NCBI GenBank assembly: GCA_021818905.1
Contig: JAKASS010000005.1
Location: 1-58,269 of the forward strand
Direction of reading: 5' to 3'
DNA from: Nanobdellota archaeon
GTDB taxonomy: Archaea; Nanobdellota; Nanobdellia; Parvarchaeales; Parvarchaeaceae
Length of the DNA stretch: 58,269 nucleotides
In this document: in pieces, positions 9,899 to 20,131 of the stretch
How the letters are laid out: the number at the start of each line of letters is the position of its first letter
Position numbering within the stretch: the first letter of the stretch is position 1
The notes under the pieces: model-generated
Told to the model about the DNA's origin: nothing
The model's input: the letters and a program-made list of their open reading frames with translations, nothing else
The model's database searches: none
Made by a program: the position numbers and the translations under genes

Positions 9899-10339
9899 TT
9901 AGCTTGGATTCTTGATAAGCTTATTACGAATAGCATCAAGTTTCTTCCAGCTGGTGCTGGTCTTTCTATACTTTATGTTAGGCTTGTAAAGCTTGTCTAG
10001 ATTTAATAGTATGTTCTCATAGCTTTTGCCAGGGGTGACTCCGATCTGTTCCTTATTGACTACATAGATCGGTTTTCTCTGCGAGAAAGAAAATCCAAAG
10101 TCCATAACACTTCCGCGAGAGCTCTTAGAGTAGAATAAGTGCACCTCATCTGCCCACATTATCGCATCGAGATTCTCGGATATTATGTTATAGCCTACCG
10201 GATCTTTTTGATTTGTATCCCTATGTGGGTAATGCACGTCATATCCAGCGCTCTCGATCGCCCCAATGTACATCATCATTTGGGCTTTCTGCTCTTCAGA
10301 AGCATTAGCAACTGGACATATAAGGAACGCCTTTGGCAT
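9899..10339 (-). CDS. Nucleoside 2-deoxyribosyltransferase-like (NDT/MilB fold) protein
   Basis: FLICPV...HYPHRD...NLDAIMWADEVH...SRGSVMDFG...KPI pattern. Confidence 0.7.
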   Translation of the reverse strand: MPKAFLICPVANASEEQKAQMMMYIGAIESAGYDVHYPHRDTNQKDPVGYNIISENLDAIMWADEVHLFYSKSSRGSVMDFGFSFSQRKPIYVVNKEQIGVTPGKSYENILLNLDKLYKPNIKYRKTSTSWKKLDAIRNKLIKNPS

Positions 10340-10439
10340 CTTACTTAATTAGAATAACCAGTTTTTATAGTTTTCTTAGTTTCTACTTTCCTGGGATCGA
10401 AGCAGTTGCTTTTATTTAGGTTCAACTTTTAAGTATCAT

Positions 10440-11711
10440 ATGAAAGACGGTGACTCCGACGCCTATTACGGAAAACGGGCTATAAAACTTTCCAAAAAAT
10501 ATGGCGGCAAGATAACTCTCGAAGCAAACCTAAAAGTAAAATCTCTATCGGATTTTTCTACGGTCTACACTCCTGGCGTTGCTGCGGTTTCCAATGCAAT
10601 AAAAATGCATAAAGATGCATCTTATGATCTAACCTGGCGCTGGAATACGATCTTTATAGTGACTAACGGAAGCCGCGTACTGGGCTTGGGCGACATAGGA
10701 CCTTTAGCTTCTTTGCCGGTTATGGAAGGAAAGTCACTTCTTTACAAGACGCTCGGGGGTGTTAATGCAGTCCCTATCCCTATAGACAGTACGTCGCCGG
10801 AGGATTTCGTCAAGGTCGTAAAATCAATATCGGTGACATCTGGCGGCATACATCTCGAAGACTTGGCTTCGCCATTTTGCTTTGACGTGCTCGAGAAACT
10901 TCAAAAAGAACTAAAGGTCCCGGTATGGCACGATGACCAGCAGGGAACGGCAGCGGCTACCCTCGCAGGACTGATAAATTCATTCAAGATTGTAGGCAAA
11001 GATCTTAAGGATTCGCGGCTGGTGCTCGTCGGCTCTGGTGCTGCTAATATAGCGCTGTTCAATATGCTTGGCGATTATGGCGTTGACCTTGGAAAGGTTG
11101 TGCTTATAGACAGCAAAGGCGTGCTTAGCAGAAAAAGAGAAGACCTGGAACAAATGAAGACCGAGAACATATGGAAACATGATGTGTTGTTGAGGTCAAA
11201 TGCTTCTGATTTTACGAAAATAGAAGATGCATTTTGTGGAGCTGATGCTGTAATTGCTTTCAGCAGACCTGGCCCGGGGATAATAGGGGCGAACTGGATA
11301 CGTTCGATGGGTACCAAACCAATAGTTTTTGCGAATTCAAACCCGACGCCAGAGATATTTCCAGACGCGGCTAAAAGAGCCGGGGCGTACATAGTAGGGA
11401 CGGGCAGGTCGGATTTTCCGAACCAGATAAACAATAGTCTGATATTCCCTGCGCTCTTCAGAGGCGTGCTTGACTCTAGGGCAAAAAGAATCACTGACAG
11501 GACAGCGATAGTCGCTGCAGAGGCTCTGGCAGAGTTCGCAAGAAAGAAGGGGATAAGTAAAAATTACATCGTGCCTAAAATGACTGAACGGGCGCTTTAT
11601 CCCGCGGTCGCCGCATCTGTCGCAGATTACTGCTGCTCTTCTGGGGATTCTTCGCTAAAAGAAGGCTTCGGATACTTCTATAAGAAAGCTAAAAAAATAT
11701 TGGTTAATTAA
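10440..11711 (+). CDS. NAD(P)-dependent malic enzyme
   Basis: YTPGVA, VLGLGDIGP, PVMEGK, WHDDQQGTA, SNPTPEI, TGRSDFPNQINN. Confidence 0.96.
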   Translation: MKDGDSDAYYGKRAIKLSKKYGGKITLEANLKVKSLSDFSTVYTPGVAAVSNAIKMHKDASYDLTWRWNTIFIVTNGSRVLGLGDIGPLASLPVMEGKSLLYKTLGGVNAVPIPIDSTSPEDFVKVVKSISVTSGGIHLEDLASPFCFDVLEKLQKELKVPVWHDDQQGTAAATLAGLINSFKIVGKDLKDSRLVLVGSGAANIALFNMLGDYGVDLGKVVLIDSKGVLSRKREDLEQMKTENIWKHDVLLRSNASDFTKIEDAFCGADAVIAFSRPGPGIIGANWIRSMGTKPIVFANSNPTPEIFPDAAKRAGAYIVGTGRSDFPNQINNSLIFPALFRGVLDSRAKRITDRTAIVAAEALAEFARKKGISKNYIVPKMTERALYPAVAASVADYCCSSGDSSLKEGFGYFYKKAKKILVN

Positions 11712-11764
11712 GCGTTTAGAAAACTACAAAACGCAGAAGAGCCGACCGCATTGATAACGTTCCG

Positions 11765-12382
11765 TTATTTCTTTCTGTGGTCTTTCATTATTTCTTGATA
11801 GCCGTCTTTAGTTTTTACCAAATCTGTGTGATATGGCGTGTCATAGCAATCGCCGGTCTTGTCGATCTGCACGGCTTCATAGGCAGTGTTAACGCGCCTC
11901 TTGTATTCGTCCTTTATGTCATTAAAGACCCCTATTAATCCATCTATTATCCAGCTATCATTATCCCTATATTTATCGTGTATCTCGAGTGGAATTCTAG
12001 TAAGAGCGCCAGCGGTTTGAGCGTATATCCAATACCTAAATGCTTCTTTCCATATGCCTCTGTCCACCATATTTTGCGGAACCACTTGTATGAGTCTTGT
12101 TATTGAATAGTTAAGTTCGCCATCGAAGTCTCCTTTATATCCGTATTTATCAGCGACTTTCACGATTTCGTGTGCCAATCTTTTTGCAGGAGTATCGCTA
12201 GGAATAGGCTTTTTTGTTTCTAAAGCAAGTATCACATCTGCTATCTCCATAAAGGCGTGACGATAGAATTGAGAAAGCTCCGCGCTTCCGTCAGTATCAA
12301 TCAAATTTTTACAAATGCTCTCCGCTGCTTCGGTGACCGACTTATCTAATACTAGTCTATCTTCCTTTGCTACATACGGCAT
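11765..12382 (-). CDS. DUF6899-like protein
   Basis: MPYV..EDR..LD start, GELNYSITRL, EYKRRV..YE....GDCY resemble this phage/archaeal family (from recall). Confidence 0.55.
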   Translation of the reverse strand: MPYVAKEDRLVLDKSVTEAAESICKNLIDTDGSAELSQFYRHAFMEIADVILALETKKPIPSDTPAKRLAHEIVKVADKYGYKGDFDGELNYSITRLIQVVPQNMVDRGIWKEAFRYWIYAQTAGALTRIPLEIHDKYRDNDSWIIDGLIGVFNDIKDEYKRRVNTAYEAVQIDKTGDCYDTPYHTDLVKTKDGYQEIMKDHRKK

Positions 12383-12421
12383 TCGATAACTAGAAGATGC
12401 AGCTATAAAAAGCTTTTTATA

Positions 12422-13459
12422 TTATTTATATTGGGTTGAGAACCTGCTCCTTATTAATTCTTTTGCTTTAGAAATATCCTCTGTATTCTGTATTTCCATG
12501 CCCAAGTTGCCGCCGGCTGCGTACTCATGCCCGCCACCGCCGAACAGCTTTGCGATTTTATTGCATTTTATATCTAGTCTGGAATTATCTCTTCTTATAG
12601 AAAGTCTGCCGTCCTGATGAAATGCGAAAGCGATTTGTGTATTGCCCTTGGTTAACAGCGACCCGCAGGCTAGAGAAGAAGATATTATGTCATCTGCGAA
12701 TCCGATAGAACAACTATAAGATCCTGACTTAAAAGTTTCTGCCGTTGAAAGGCATTCCTCAAGCTTTGAGACTTCTAATCCCCTGTATTTTTCCCAGTCA
12801 TTCTCAAGGTCTTTGTCCCATAGAGGTTGTTTAAAATCTTTGTTCAATATCTGCTGGAGAGAAACTTTTGAAAGTTTGTCGACTAGACTAGATAAAAGTT
12901 TTCGTCTCTTCTCTCTGTCCTTACCACCGAGATAGTTATAGTAGGTTATGATGTTGCCTATCGGCAAAGTCAGAGCATACGTTGGACTTGGGGGGTCAGT
13001 TTTCCACATATCTATATCGGCATCCCTGCCTAGCTTTGCAAGAGCTTCGGATATCTTGTCGTCCTTCATGTATTCCAAGTAAGACAGCTCTGCGCCACAA
13101 AATTCGCGGGATCCCGAAAGCCTTATTTTTGCAAATCTAGAAAGGTTCTGCCTTCCGCCGTCATCCCATTTGTGGTGATCAAGCCATACTATATTGCCGC
13201 CTTTGCTTTTCAATTTTCTGAAAGCTGTCTCGGCTAAAGATTCTATTCCGCCACTGCAGCCAAAGTCTGCTATTATCGCAGTCGCCTCGCTGTCCAAGTC
13301 TCCTATCTCTTTGAATATTTCCGCCAATTCTCCAGGCGGATCGTAGTTTATGAAGTCTATTCTACCTTCGAAATTTTCTTTCTCTATGTATCTTTTGAGA
13401 ATAGCCGCCGAGCAGATGCCGTCGCAATCAACCCTATGCGTGTATACACTGACCTTCAT
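12422..13459 (-). CDS. DHH/DHHA1 phosphoesterase (NrnA-like)
   Basis: DCDG, IAD, WLDHH, GGGGHEYAAG. Confidence 0.9.
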   Translation of the reverse strand: MKVSVYTHRVDCDGICSAAILKRYIEKENFEGRIDFINYDPPGELAEIFKEIGDLDSEATAIIADFGCSGGIESLAETAFRKLKSKGGNIVWLDHHKWDDGGRQNLSRFAKIRLSGSREFCGAELSYLEYMKDDKISEALAKLGRDADIDMWKTDPPSPTYALTLPIGNIITYYNYLGGKDREKRRKLLSSLVDKLSKVSLQQILNKDFKQPLWDKDLENDWEKYRGLEVSKLEECLSTAETFKSGSYSCSIGFADDIISSSLACGSLLTKGNTQIAFAFHQDGRLSIRRDNSRLDIKCNKIAKLFGGGGHEYAAGGNLGMEIQNTEDISKAKELIRSRFSTQYK

Positions 13460-13474
13460 AGTTTGTTAAATGCG

Positions 13475-14671
13475 CTATCTGTATTTATATCCTACATCTT
13501 CGTATGAGAGAAGTTTTACAGCTTGACTGTTTCCAGAGACTCTGCTTCCGATAACGTACTTCACTTCGCTCTGTTCGGAAGATTTTGCTATCTCCTCGGT
13601 TATCGAACCGTCAAGGACCAGCATGAATACGTTTTCTATGTTCAGTATCGCAGCTTCTACTTCTTTGTAAGGTATCTTGCCCATTATCTCGAATTTTTCG
13701 TTTACCAAAAAGGCGCCTCTCGTACCTATAATCTCATTTATGAGGCCAGGTGCTTTTTCTTTCAGTTCCGGTGGAACCTCTATAGGTTGCCTCTGTACCG
13801 GTGCAGCTTTTCGTTCTGGTAACGGTTCCTTGGATCTGCTTGCAGCCGAAGCATCGTACTCTTCAAAAGGCACTTTCACGCGCAACGCCTGGTTTATCTC
13901 TTTCTTTGCGAGTTCTTCTACTTCCGTGCCGCTTGGCGCCTTTGCAATGAAATCAACGTGCCCCATCTGCGAGAAAGCGCTTATTATCATGTCGCCGCCC
14001 CTGTCTCCATCTACAAAGAGAGTTATAGTTTTCTTACGGCTAAGCTCTATTACTGTCTTAGGGATGTTCGTTCCGTTCATTCCTATTACGTTTGTAAAGC
14101 CGTGCTTTAACATGTTCATTACGTCTGCCCTTCCTTCTACGACTATGACTTCCTCAGAATCGTTTACTTCTGGCCCAGCCGGCAGCTTTTCAGGTCCGTA
14201 TTCTACGAACTCTTTCTGTCTGACGTCCTCGTAAAGCTTCTGTAGTAATTCTGTCGTGTCTACTGACGTTACTTTGAGCGCATCGTTAAGCAACTGTTGT
14301 GCTTTCCTCATTATGTATTCACGCTTTGATACCCTTACATCTTCTATTTTATCCACTGTGACCGTGGCCTTGGACGGGCCTATCCTGTCTATGGTCTCTA
14401 TAGCTGCGCCGATAAGGGCGGTTTCTGCTATTCCCAAAGAAGTAGGTATTGTTATTTCCCCCGTGGTCTTGCCGCTGGAAGAAGTGCTTTCTACGTTTAT
14501 CCTTCCTATCTTTCCATTTTTCTGCGCTTCCCTTAGGTCTAATTCTTCACCCAAAAGTCCTTCGGTCTGGCCGAAGACTGCGCCTATCACATCTGGCTTG
14601 TCTATAAGGCTGTCTGCAGTGAACTTTGCACGCAATACATACTTAAACGAAGCCGGTCCTATTTTTGCCAT
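13475..14671 (-). CDS. dnaG: Archaeal DnaG (exosome-associated, TOPRIM domain)
   Basis: DKPDVIGAVFGQTEGLLG, IDRIGP, VVEGRADV, DGDRGG. Confidence 0.97.
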   Translation of the reverse strand: MAKIGPASFKYVLRAKFTADSLIDKPDVIGAVFGQTEGLLGEELDLREAQKNGKIGRINVESTSSSGKTTGEITIPTSLGIAETALIGAAIETIDRIGPSKATVTVDKIEDVRVSKREYIMRKAQQLLNDALKVTSVDTTELLQKLYEDVRQKEFVEYGPEKLPAGPEVNDSEEVIVVEGRADVMNMLKHGFTNVIGMNGTNIPKTVIELSRKKTITLFVDGDRGGDMIISAFSQMGHVDFIAKAPSGTEVEELAKKEINQALRVKVPFEEYDASAASRSKEPLPERKAAPVQRQPIEVPPELKEKAPGLINEIIGTRGAFLVNEKFEIMGKIPYKEVEAAILNIENVFMLVLDGSITEEIAKSSEQSEVKYVIGSRVSGNSQAVKLLSYEDVGYKYR

Positions 14672-14935
14672 ATTTTTACCTCCAATATCAAATTAAAAGG
14701 CTTCCAATAAAGCCTAACTACTAATTATAAAGTGATATTTAAACTGTTATTATCGATGACCTCCAAGTCATCAAATCTATAATATATAGGATAATATTTG
14801 GTATAAATAGCTTTCACTGGGATCATAAAACCTAATTTTGTCGCTGAATACGCCCGGAGAAAAATTAACAAATCAATGATTTAAATCTATAAATAGCAGA
14901 AACCTTCTTTAATAATAAAAAGATTCGGAGGTTAT

Positions 14936-15325
14936 ATGTCAAGACTTTTTGAAGTTGAACGAATAGACGATGGTGGGGCTTCCAAATATGGCGGTTGGGA
15001 AGCGATTATTTATAGACCGTCACAAAAAGCGGTATCTTCTGGAGAAGAGACTCTAGAGAAAGCGGTATTAAAGATGGCCAAGCATGCATTTAGAGATTAT
15101 ATGTGGCGTAGCTGTGGTCAAATGGCAGGAACTAGTTATGTCATAGACGCCGGTGGCTTGGAACCGACGGCAAGAAGCACTATAGAGAAAGTGCTTTCTA
15201 AAATTTCTGATGGTTACGAGAAGGCATTCTTACCGAAAGAAGGCAGTAAAAGCCGGGATTATAATCTTGAGGATACAGAAGGGTGGCGCAGACTGTTTTA
15301 TAAACAGATTTCAGTAGCAGCGTGA
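14936..15325 (+). CDS. Hypothetical protein
   Basis: 129-aa ORF with GGAGG RBS and an AT-rich promoter; no family recognised. Confidence 0.6.
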   Translation: MSRLFEVERIDDGGASKYGGWEAIIYRPSQKAVSSGEETLEKAVLKMAKHAFRDYMWRSCGQMAGTSYVIDAGGLEPTARSTIEKVLSKISDGYEKAFLPKEGSKSRDYNLEDTEGWRRLFYKQISVAA

Positions 15326-15352
15326 AAGTAATTTAGACTTTAGAACGAGGAA

Positions 15353-16366
15353 ATTACGGAAAAGATAATCATAGATTACAAAAGCTGTGACAAGCTCGTA
15401 GACTTTCTAAAGGAACGCCCAGTACCGGAAGATAGCGAAGAACCGACAAAAATAAGCTTACCGGACGATGTAACTAAAAATTTCTATTTGGCTCTTGTAG
15501 CCATATGCCACCAGACCACGCCCATGACGGGTCCCGCATTGCAAGGTACCGTAGACGGCACTTTCTTGAGGGGATGGGATTATTTACGCGCAGCTATGCT
15601 TAAAGCTACCGCCAAGGACAATCCCATAGTTTATCCGACCGCCTTGTCAAAGATGACCGGCGCAACCCTGCTAGATATAATAAAAGGCGATGACAGAAAG
15701 GGCGAAATTTCCGATCTAGAAGAAAGAGTCCGTCTGCTCAATGATATGGGCTCGAAGATGCAGCAAAACGGTGTAGATTCGGTCCAAAAACTATTCGAAC
15801 AAAGTGGGGGCCACCTCGATCAGTATGGCGAAAAGCAAGGGCTCTACCGATTACTATCGGGATTCGAGGCTTACTCCGATCCGGTAAAAAAGAAAAGCTC
15901 ATACTTCTTTACGCTTATGAAAAGGCAGGGTTTTTGGGATTATGCCGACCCAGAAAATCTTCTTCCAGTAGTCGATTATCACGAGATAAGGATAAACCTG
16001 CGTTTAGGGACGGTAAAGATAAATGATGAAGAATTAAGGTCTAAACTCGCGACTAAGCAGGAAGTTACCTGGCAGGACGATATAGACATAAGAAGTAGCG
16101 TGCAGCAGGCTATGGTCTATATCGCGAAGGAAGCAGGTATCGGGCACGGCAAACTTCACTATTTTTTATGGAATCTTTCAAGGAATTGTTGCAATAGAGA
16201 TGCGCCCCACTGTCCTTCTCATGGGGCAAAATGCGCTTTGCCGCAGAGATACGTACAGATTGGCCAGGAAATCGGCAGCACGTCCTGTCTCCTTAGTCCC
16301 ATATGCGAAAGCTCTGGAAAAGAAGGAAAGTTATTCGACCACGTAGTTAAAACGCACTATTACTGA
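15353..16366 (+). CDS. Queuosine-salvage (QNG1/DUF2419)-like N-glycosylase with a C-terminal Cys cluster
   Basis: AYSDPVKKKS and VDYHEIRINLRLG motifs; CC..PHC..C..C..C tail; frame open upstream of the TTG at 15488 to an ATT at 15353 after GAGG. Confidence 0.6.
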   Translation: MTEKIIIDYKSCDKLVDFLKERPVPEDSEEPTKISLPDDVTKNFYLALVAICHQTTPMTGPALQGTVDGTFLRGWDYLRAAMLKATAKDNPIVYPTALSKMTGATLLDIIKGDDRKGEISDLEERVRLLNDMGSKMQQNGVDSVQKLFEQSGGHLDQYGEKQGLYRLLSGFEAYSDPVKKKSSYFFTLMKRQGFWDYADPENLLPVVDYHEIRINLRLGTVKINDEELRSKLATKQEVTWQDDIDIRSSVQQAMVYIAKEAGIGHGKLHYFLWNLSRNCCNRDAPHCPSHGAKCALPQRYVQIGQEIGSTSCLLSPICESSGKEGKLFDHVVKTHYY

Positions 16367-16371
16367 GCGAA

Positions 16372-16728
16372 CCGCTATAGTGGTATGGTCTGGAGACTCT
16401 CCGTAAAGCCTCCTTACCAGAGCTTCGGTCTGCCTTAGTCTGGGGCAGAAATAGAACCTGAAGAAGCTTATAGCTATAATCAGGTCATCCGAATAAAGGA
16501 AGGGTCTTCCTTCTTTTCTTTTGTTCATAACGGCGAGTTTTTGCGGTTCTTTACGCAAAACGCAATCTATTTTAGCTATCACCGTCTCAGATCTTCGTTG
16601 GGGGCTGTCCTTCTTTTCCATGTTTTTCACCGGGTTTGAAGGATCTCCTCCACAAAGATCCTTTTTTAAGCTTATTAGAAGCCATATCCTTGTAGATACG
16701 GCTATTCTATTAATGAGTTATGCAACCG
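16372..16728 (-). mobile_element. Truncated IS5-family element (left end plus transposase N-terminus)
   Basis: GRPFLYSD..RQTEALVRRLYGESPDHTTI then breaks off; end sequence CGGTTGCATAACT is related to the 20114 end. Confidence 0.8.
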
Positions 16729-16776
16729 AATAGATTGGAACTAAAGATATTTATATCTTAAGATACTACAATTAAA

Positions 16777-17301
16777 ATGAAAGGATTAAAAATATACCTT
16801 CCGGATTCCCTCGACGAAGAATCCCGCGGGCTCGCGGCAAAAAGATTCGGACTTAGAAGGGGTTCACTGAGCAAGGCCGTGCAGGAAGCGTTGACCCAAT
16901 GGGTAAAACGTGAATCAAAAATAGAATCAAAATTAAACAGCATGACTATGGTCGCGAAGAACGACGGACACGCTATCGCGGTGATAGTCTTTGGCAGCTA
17001 CGCCAGGGGAGACCCTTCGTACAACGACGTCGACATAGCCATAGTATTCGATGGGGGGGGCGATACACTTTCAGCGCTGGCTAAGTACTCCGATCTTGTA
17101 ACGGATAAGTTGGGAAACCCGGACGCACTTTTCGATTTGTCTGCATTTGGCGACCTACCGCTCTACATGAGGCAGCGTATAATAAGGGAAGGAAAGGCCG
17201 TTTATGTCGGAAACGAACCGGAATTTTATCGGCTGGCGGTAAAAACGGCTTTGGACTGGTCGGATTTCAAGCCGATATTTGAAGAGGCGGTAGCGGCATA
17301 A
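16777..17301 (+). CDS. mntA: MNT nucleotidyltransferase antitoxin with an N-terminal RHH-like domain
   Basis: VFGSYARG..DVDIAI, LPLYMRQRIIREG; adjacent to a HEPN gene. Confidence 0.85.
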   Translation: MKGLKIYLPDSLDEESRGLAAKRFGLRRGSLSKAVQEALTQWVKRESKIESKLNSMTMVAKNDGHAIAVIVFGSYARGDPSYNDVDIAIVFDGGGDTLSALAKYSDLVTDKLGNPDALFDLSAFGDLPLYMRQRIIREGKAVYVGNEPEFYRLAVKTALDWSDFKPIFEEAVAA

Positions 17302-17302
17302 T

Positions 17303-17728
17303 ATGGATAGCGAAAGAATAAACGCAAGGCTGACGGACCTGTCATCGTTTATTGGTGAATTAAAGAAACTACCCCTGCCTAAAAATGTGGGGGATTACGA
17401 AAGAAGCAGTCCTGCGATAAAACGCGCTGTCGAAAGGGACTTGCAGCTCATAAGCGAGGCGGAACTGGAAATCATGGTGCAAGTGTATAAGAACCTAAAC
17501 CTAAAAGCGCCGGGCGAGGAAGAATCCATAATAAACGCAATGGAGATGGTGATGGATCGAGAGCTGGTCAAGAAAGCTAAAGAAAGGAGGGAATTACGCA
17601 ATCACTTAGTGCATGCCTATTTCAATATCGATGATAAGAAAGTCTTTATGCTGGCCAGCGATGTCCGCGACATAGAACAGTTTACTGCTGCAGTCAGAAA
17701 AATCGTGAATAAATACACGAGTCATTGA
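17303..17728 (+). CDS. hepT: HEPN/DUF86 RNase toxin
   Basis: AVERDLQ, RNHLVHAY (Rx4H followed by Tyr). Confidence 0.88.
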   Translation: MDSERINARLTDLSSFIGELKKLPLPKNVGDYERSSPAIKRAVERDLQLISEAELEIMVQVYKNLNLKAPGEEESIINAMEMVMDRELVKKAKERRELRNHLVHAYFNIDDKKVFMLASDVRDIEQFTAAVRKIVNKYTSH

Positions 17729-17799
17729 TACACGCTTAAGCGAACGAAAGGCAGGCGCAGAAAATCGCGCAAAAACTTTTTAATCCTTATGCGACCCGG

Positions 17800-18819
17800 T
17801 CATATCTTGCCCGCGATTTCTTTTCCTACTTCAGAACATTTCGCTGTGCCACCCAGATCGTATGTAAGGACTTTGCCTTCTTTTAGGACAGTTTCCACGG
17901 CTTTCTGTACTGCAATCGCAGCATCCTTGTAACCCATCCATTCAAACATCATCCTGACCGAAAGGATAGTAGCTACCGGGTCTACCTTATCCATCCCAGT
18001 GTACTTTGGTGCAGAGCCATGTATCGGTTCGAACATCGCGTATTTGTCGCCTATGTTTGCGCCGGGCCCTACGCCGACTCCTCCGACGATCTCAGCACCC
18101 TCATCTGATATTATATCTCCAAAAAGGTTTTCCGTTACTAAAACGTCGAAGGTTTCTGGTTTGCTTATGAGCCATTGTGTTATTGCGTCTGTGTGAGCGT
18201 CATCCGCCGTTACATCAGGGTATTCCTTACCGACACCATAAAATACTTCTTTGAACAAACCATCAGTTACTTTTAATATATTTCCCTTATGGACAAAGGT
18301 AAGGTGCTTCTTTCTTGTTCTTGCTAAATCAAAGGCGAATCTGCAAATTCTTTCGCACCCTTTGCGAGTTATTACCCTTAATCCTATCGCTGCGTCATTT
18401 CCTATTTTAAATTCTAAACCGGAATACATGCCTTCTGTGTTCTCCCTTACGATCACAAGGTCTATATTTGGTTTTAAACTTTTTACATTAGGAAGCGTCT
18501 TGCAAGGCCTAACATTTGCGTATAGATCAAAGGTCTTTCTTATCTGGACCGCGAGACTGGGTATCGACTCGGCACCTTCCGGTGTAGTTGCCGGACCCTT
18601 TATGACACAATCGCTTCGCTTTAGAAGTTCCAAGGTTTCTGGAGGTAGATTAGTGCCATATTTTTCTACACAATGTAATCCCCCTTCTCCAAAAGTGAGA
18701 TTAATGTTTAATTTGAATTTTTTCTTTACCGCATCAATTACCGGGATAGTCGCGGCAATTATGTCCGGGCCAGTACCATCTCCAGCGATGACTGCCACAT
18801 TCCAGACTTTGTTGACCAT
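17800..18819 (-). CDS. Isocitrate/isopropylmalate dehydrogenase family protein
   Basis: IAGDGTGP, LYANVRP, VRENTEGMY, HKGNIL, NLFGDIISD, FEPIHGSAP. Confidence 0.95.
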   Translation of the reverse strand: MVNKVWNVAVIAGDGTGPDIIAATIPVIDAVKKKFKLNINLTFGEGGLHCVEKYGTNLPPETLELLKRSDCVIKGPATTPEGAESIPSLAVQIRKTFDLYANVRPCKTLPNVKSLKPNIDLVIVRENTEGMYSGLEFKIGNDAAIGLRVITRKGCERICRFAFDLARTRKKHLTFVHKGNILKVTDGLFKEVFYGVGKEYPDVTADDAHTDAITQWLISKPETFDVLVTENLFGDIISDEGAEIVGGVGVGPGANIGDKYAMFEPIHGSAPKYTGMDKVDPVATILSVRMMFEWMGYKDAAIAVQKAVETVLKEGKVLTYDLGGTAKCSEVGKEIAGKI

Positions 18820-18926
18820 AATAAGTTTTGGATTTACTAAAATAAAAACGTGAAATCACGGCATACGCGTGTGCATGAGTGCTTTATAGGATCACTGCTT
18901 CTGCAAGGATATGGCGCCTAATGTCG

Positions 18927-19073
18927 CTAAAATAAACTCGTATGGTAGTAATGCCGGCACTTGGAGCAAAAAATCACAACATTTCTTGTTGTTACATGCT
19001 TTCTGTTGTTAGAACAATCGCTGCAATTGCAAACCACCGACCACCCCGCCTCGTCACTACAATCTTCGCACAT
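18927..19073 (-). CDS. Cys-rich zinc-finger microprotein (48 aa, not in ORF track)
   Basis: MCEDCSDEAGWSVVCNCSDCSNNRKHVTTRNVVIFCSKCRHYYHTSLF; TTTATAAA upstream. Confidence 0.55.
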   Translation of the reverse strand: MCEDCSDEAGWSVVCNCSDCSNNRKHVTTRNVVIFCSKCRHYYHTSLF

Positions 19074-19284
19074 AACTATAATATTAGACCCGGCACCGAA
19101 TAAATAGATTTATTTTTATTTCCTTTTTATAAATTTACTATGAAACTGTAGTTCCGAATGTAAATTTTGGCGATTATCTATCGTAAAACGTTACTAGTAA
19201 GTCACTAGTCGCGGTCTTTAACATAGCGACCCTATAAAACAATCGACCTAAAATTCGGACGAGCTTATCACAAAGATAAGCTTC

Positions 19285-20046
19285 TTGAGATTCATGTTCT
19301 GCGACAAGCTCATCCCGACCGAAGCTCTGGTAAGGAGGCTTTACGGCAGCTCTCCAGACCATACCACGATAAGCAGGAGGCTTTACCGCCTTGATGTGAA
19401 ATGGACCATCGACAAGAAACGCAGGAAAGGAAGGCTCTTGGCGATAGACGCCACAGGGATATCCATATGCAGGACCGGCAGCTATAGGCATTCAAAGTAC
19501 GGGGGGATGCCTAGATTCTGCAAACTACATGCTTTGATCGACCCCGATACCAAAGAGATCGTGGACTTAAGGGTCACCACAGACCGCTGTCATGACAATA
19601 GGAAGTTCCGTCCCATAGTCAGGGAAGCCGCGAAAAGAGGGGACACCGTCTACGCCGACGGAGCTTATGATTCAAAGGAGAACTTTGACTATCTCTCAAG
19701 GAACGGCATCAGAAGCGGCATAAAGATAAGGAGGAACTTCTCCACTAAGGCTGGGGGGAGCTACGCCAGGCAGAAAGCCGTGATGGAGCAGTTCGGGATA
19801 TCGACTGCGCGTCTCAAGGGAAGGGCCCATTTCCTGCCTATCGAAGGGATCGTCTTCGACAAGATAGGATACTACCAGCAAAAATGGAAAGAAAAGGTCG
19901 GATACGGCAGAAGATGGCTGGTCGAGTCCTTCTTCTCCGCCTTCAAGCGGAGGTTCGGGGAGCACGTATGCTCTCGAAGATGGAAGTCTGTGCAGGACGA
20001 GCCCGAGCTGGAGGCGATGCTTTACAATAGGCTTCTCGAAACGTAA
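19285..20046 (+). pseudogene. IS5-family transposase with a decayed 5' end
   Basis: PDHTTISRR, AIDATG, KLHA, ADGAYDS, RWLVESFFSAFKR; similarity continues upstream (SDELITKISF) then hits a stop. Confidence 0.85.
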
Positions 20047-20131
20047 GCCGATACGAGAAATATGGAAGGTCGCTAGCTGTGGCTATTGTCTTCTAGGCTA
20101 GTTATGCACAGGCGTAGCGCATTCTTATTTT

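Larger units (their letters stand above)
18866..20114 (+). mobile_element. Degenerate IS5-family element with TA flanks
   Basis: Right end CGCCTGTGCATAACT (rc) and candidate left end CGCGTGTGCATGAGT (12/15 identical), both flanked by TA; left boundary uncertain. Confidence 0.6.
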
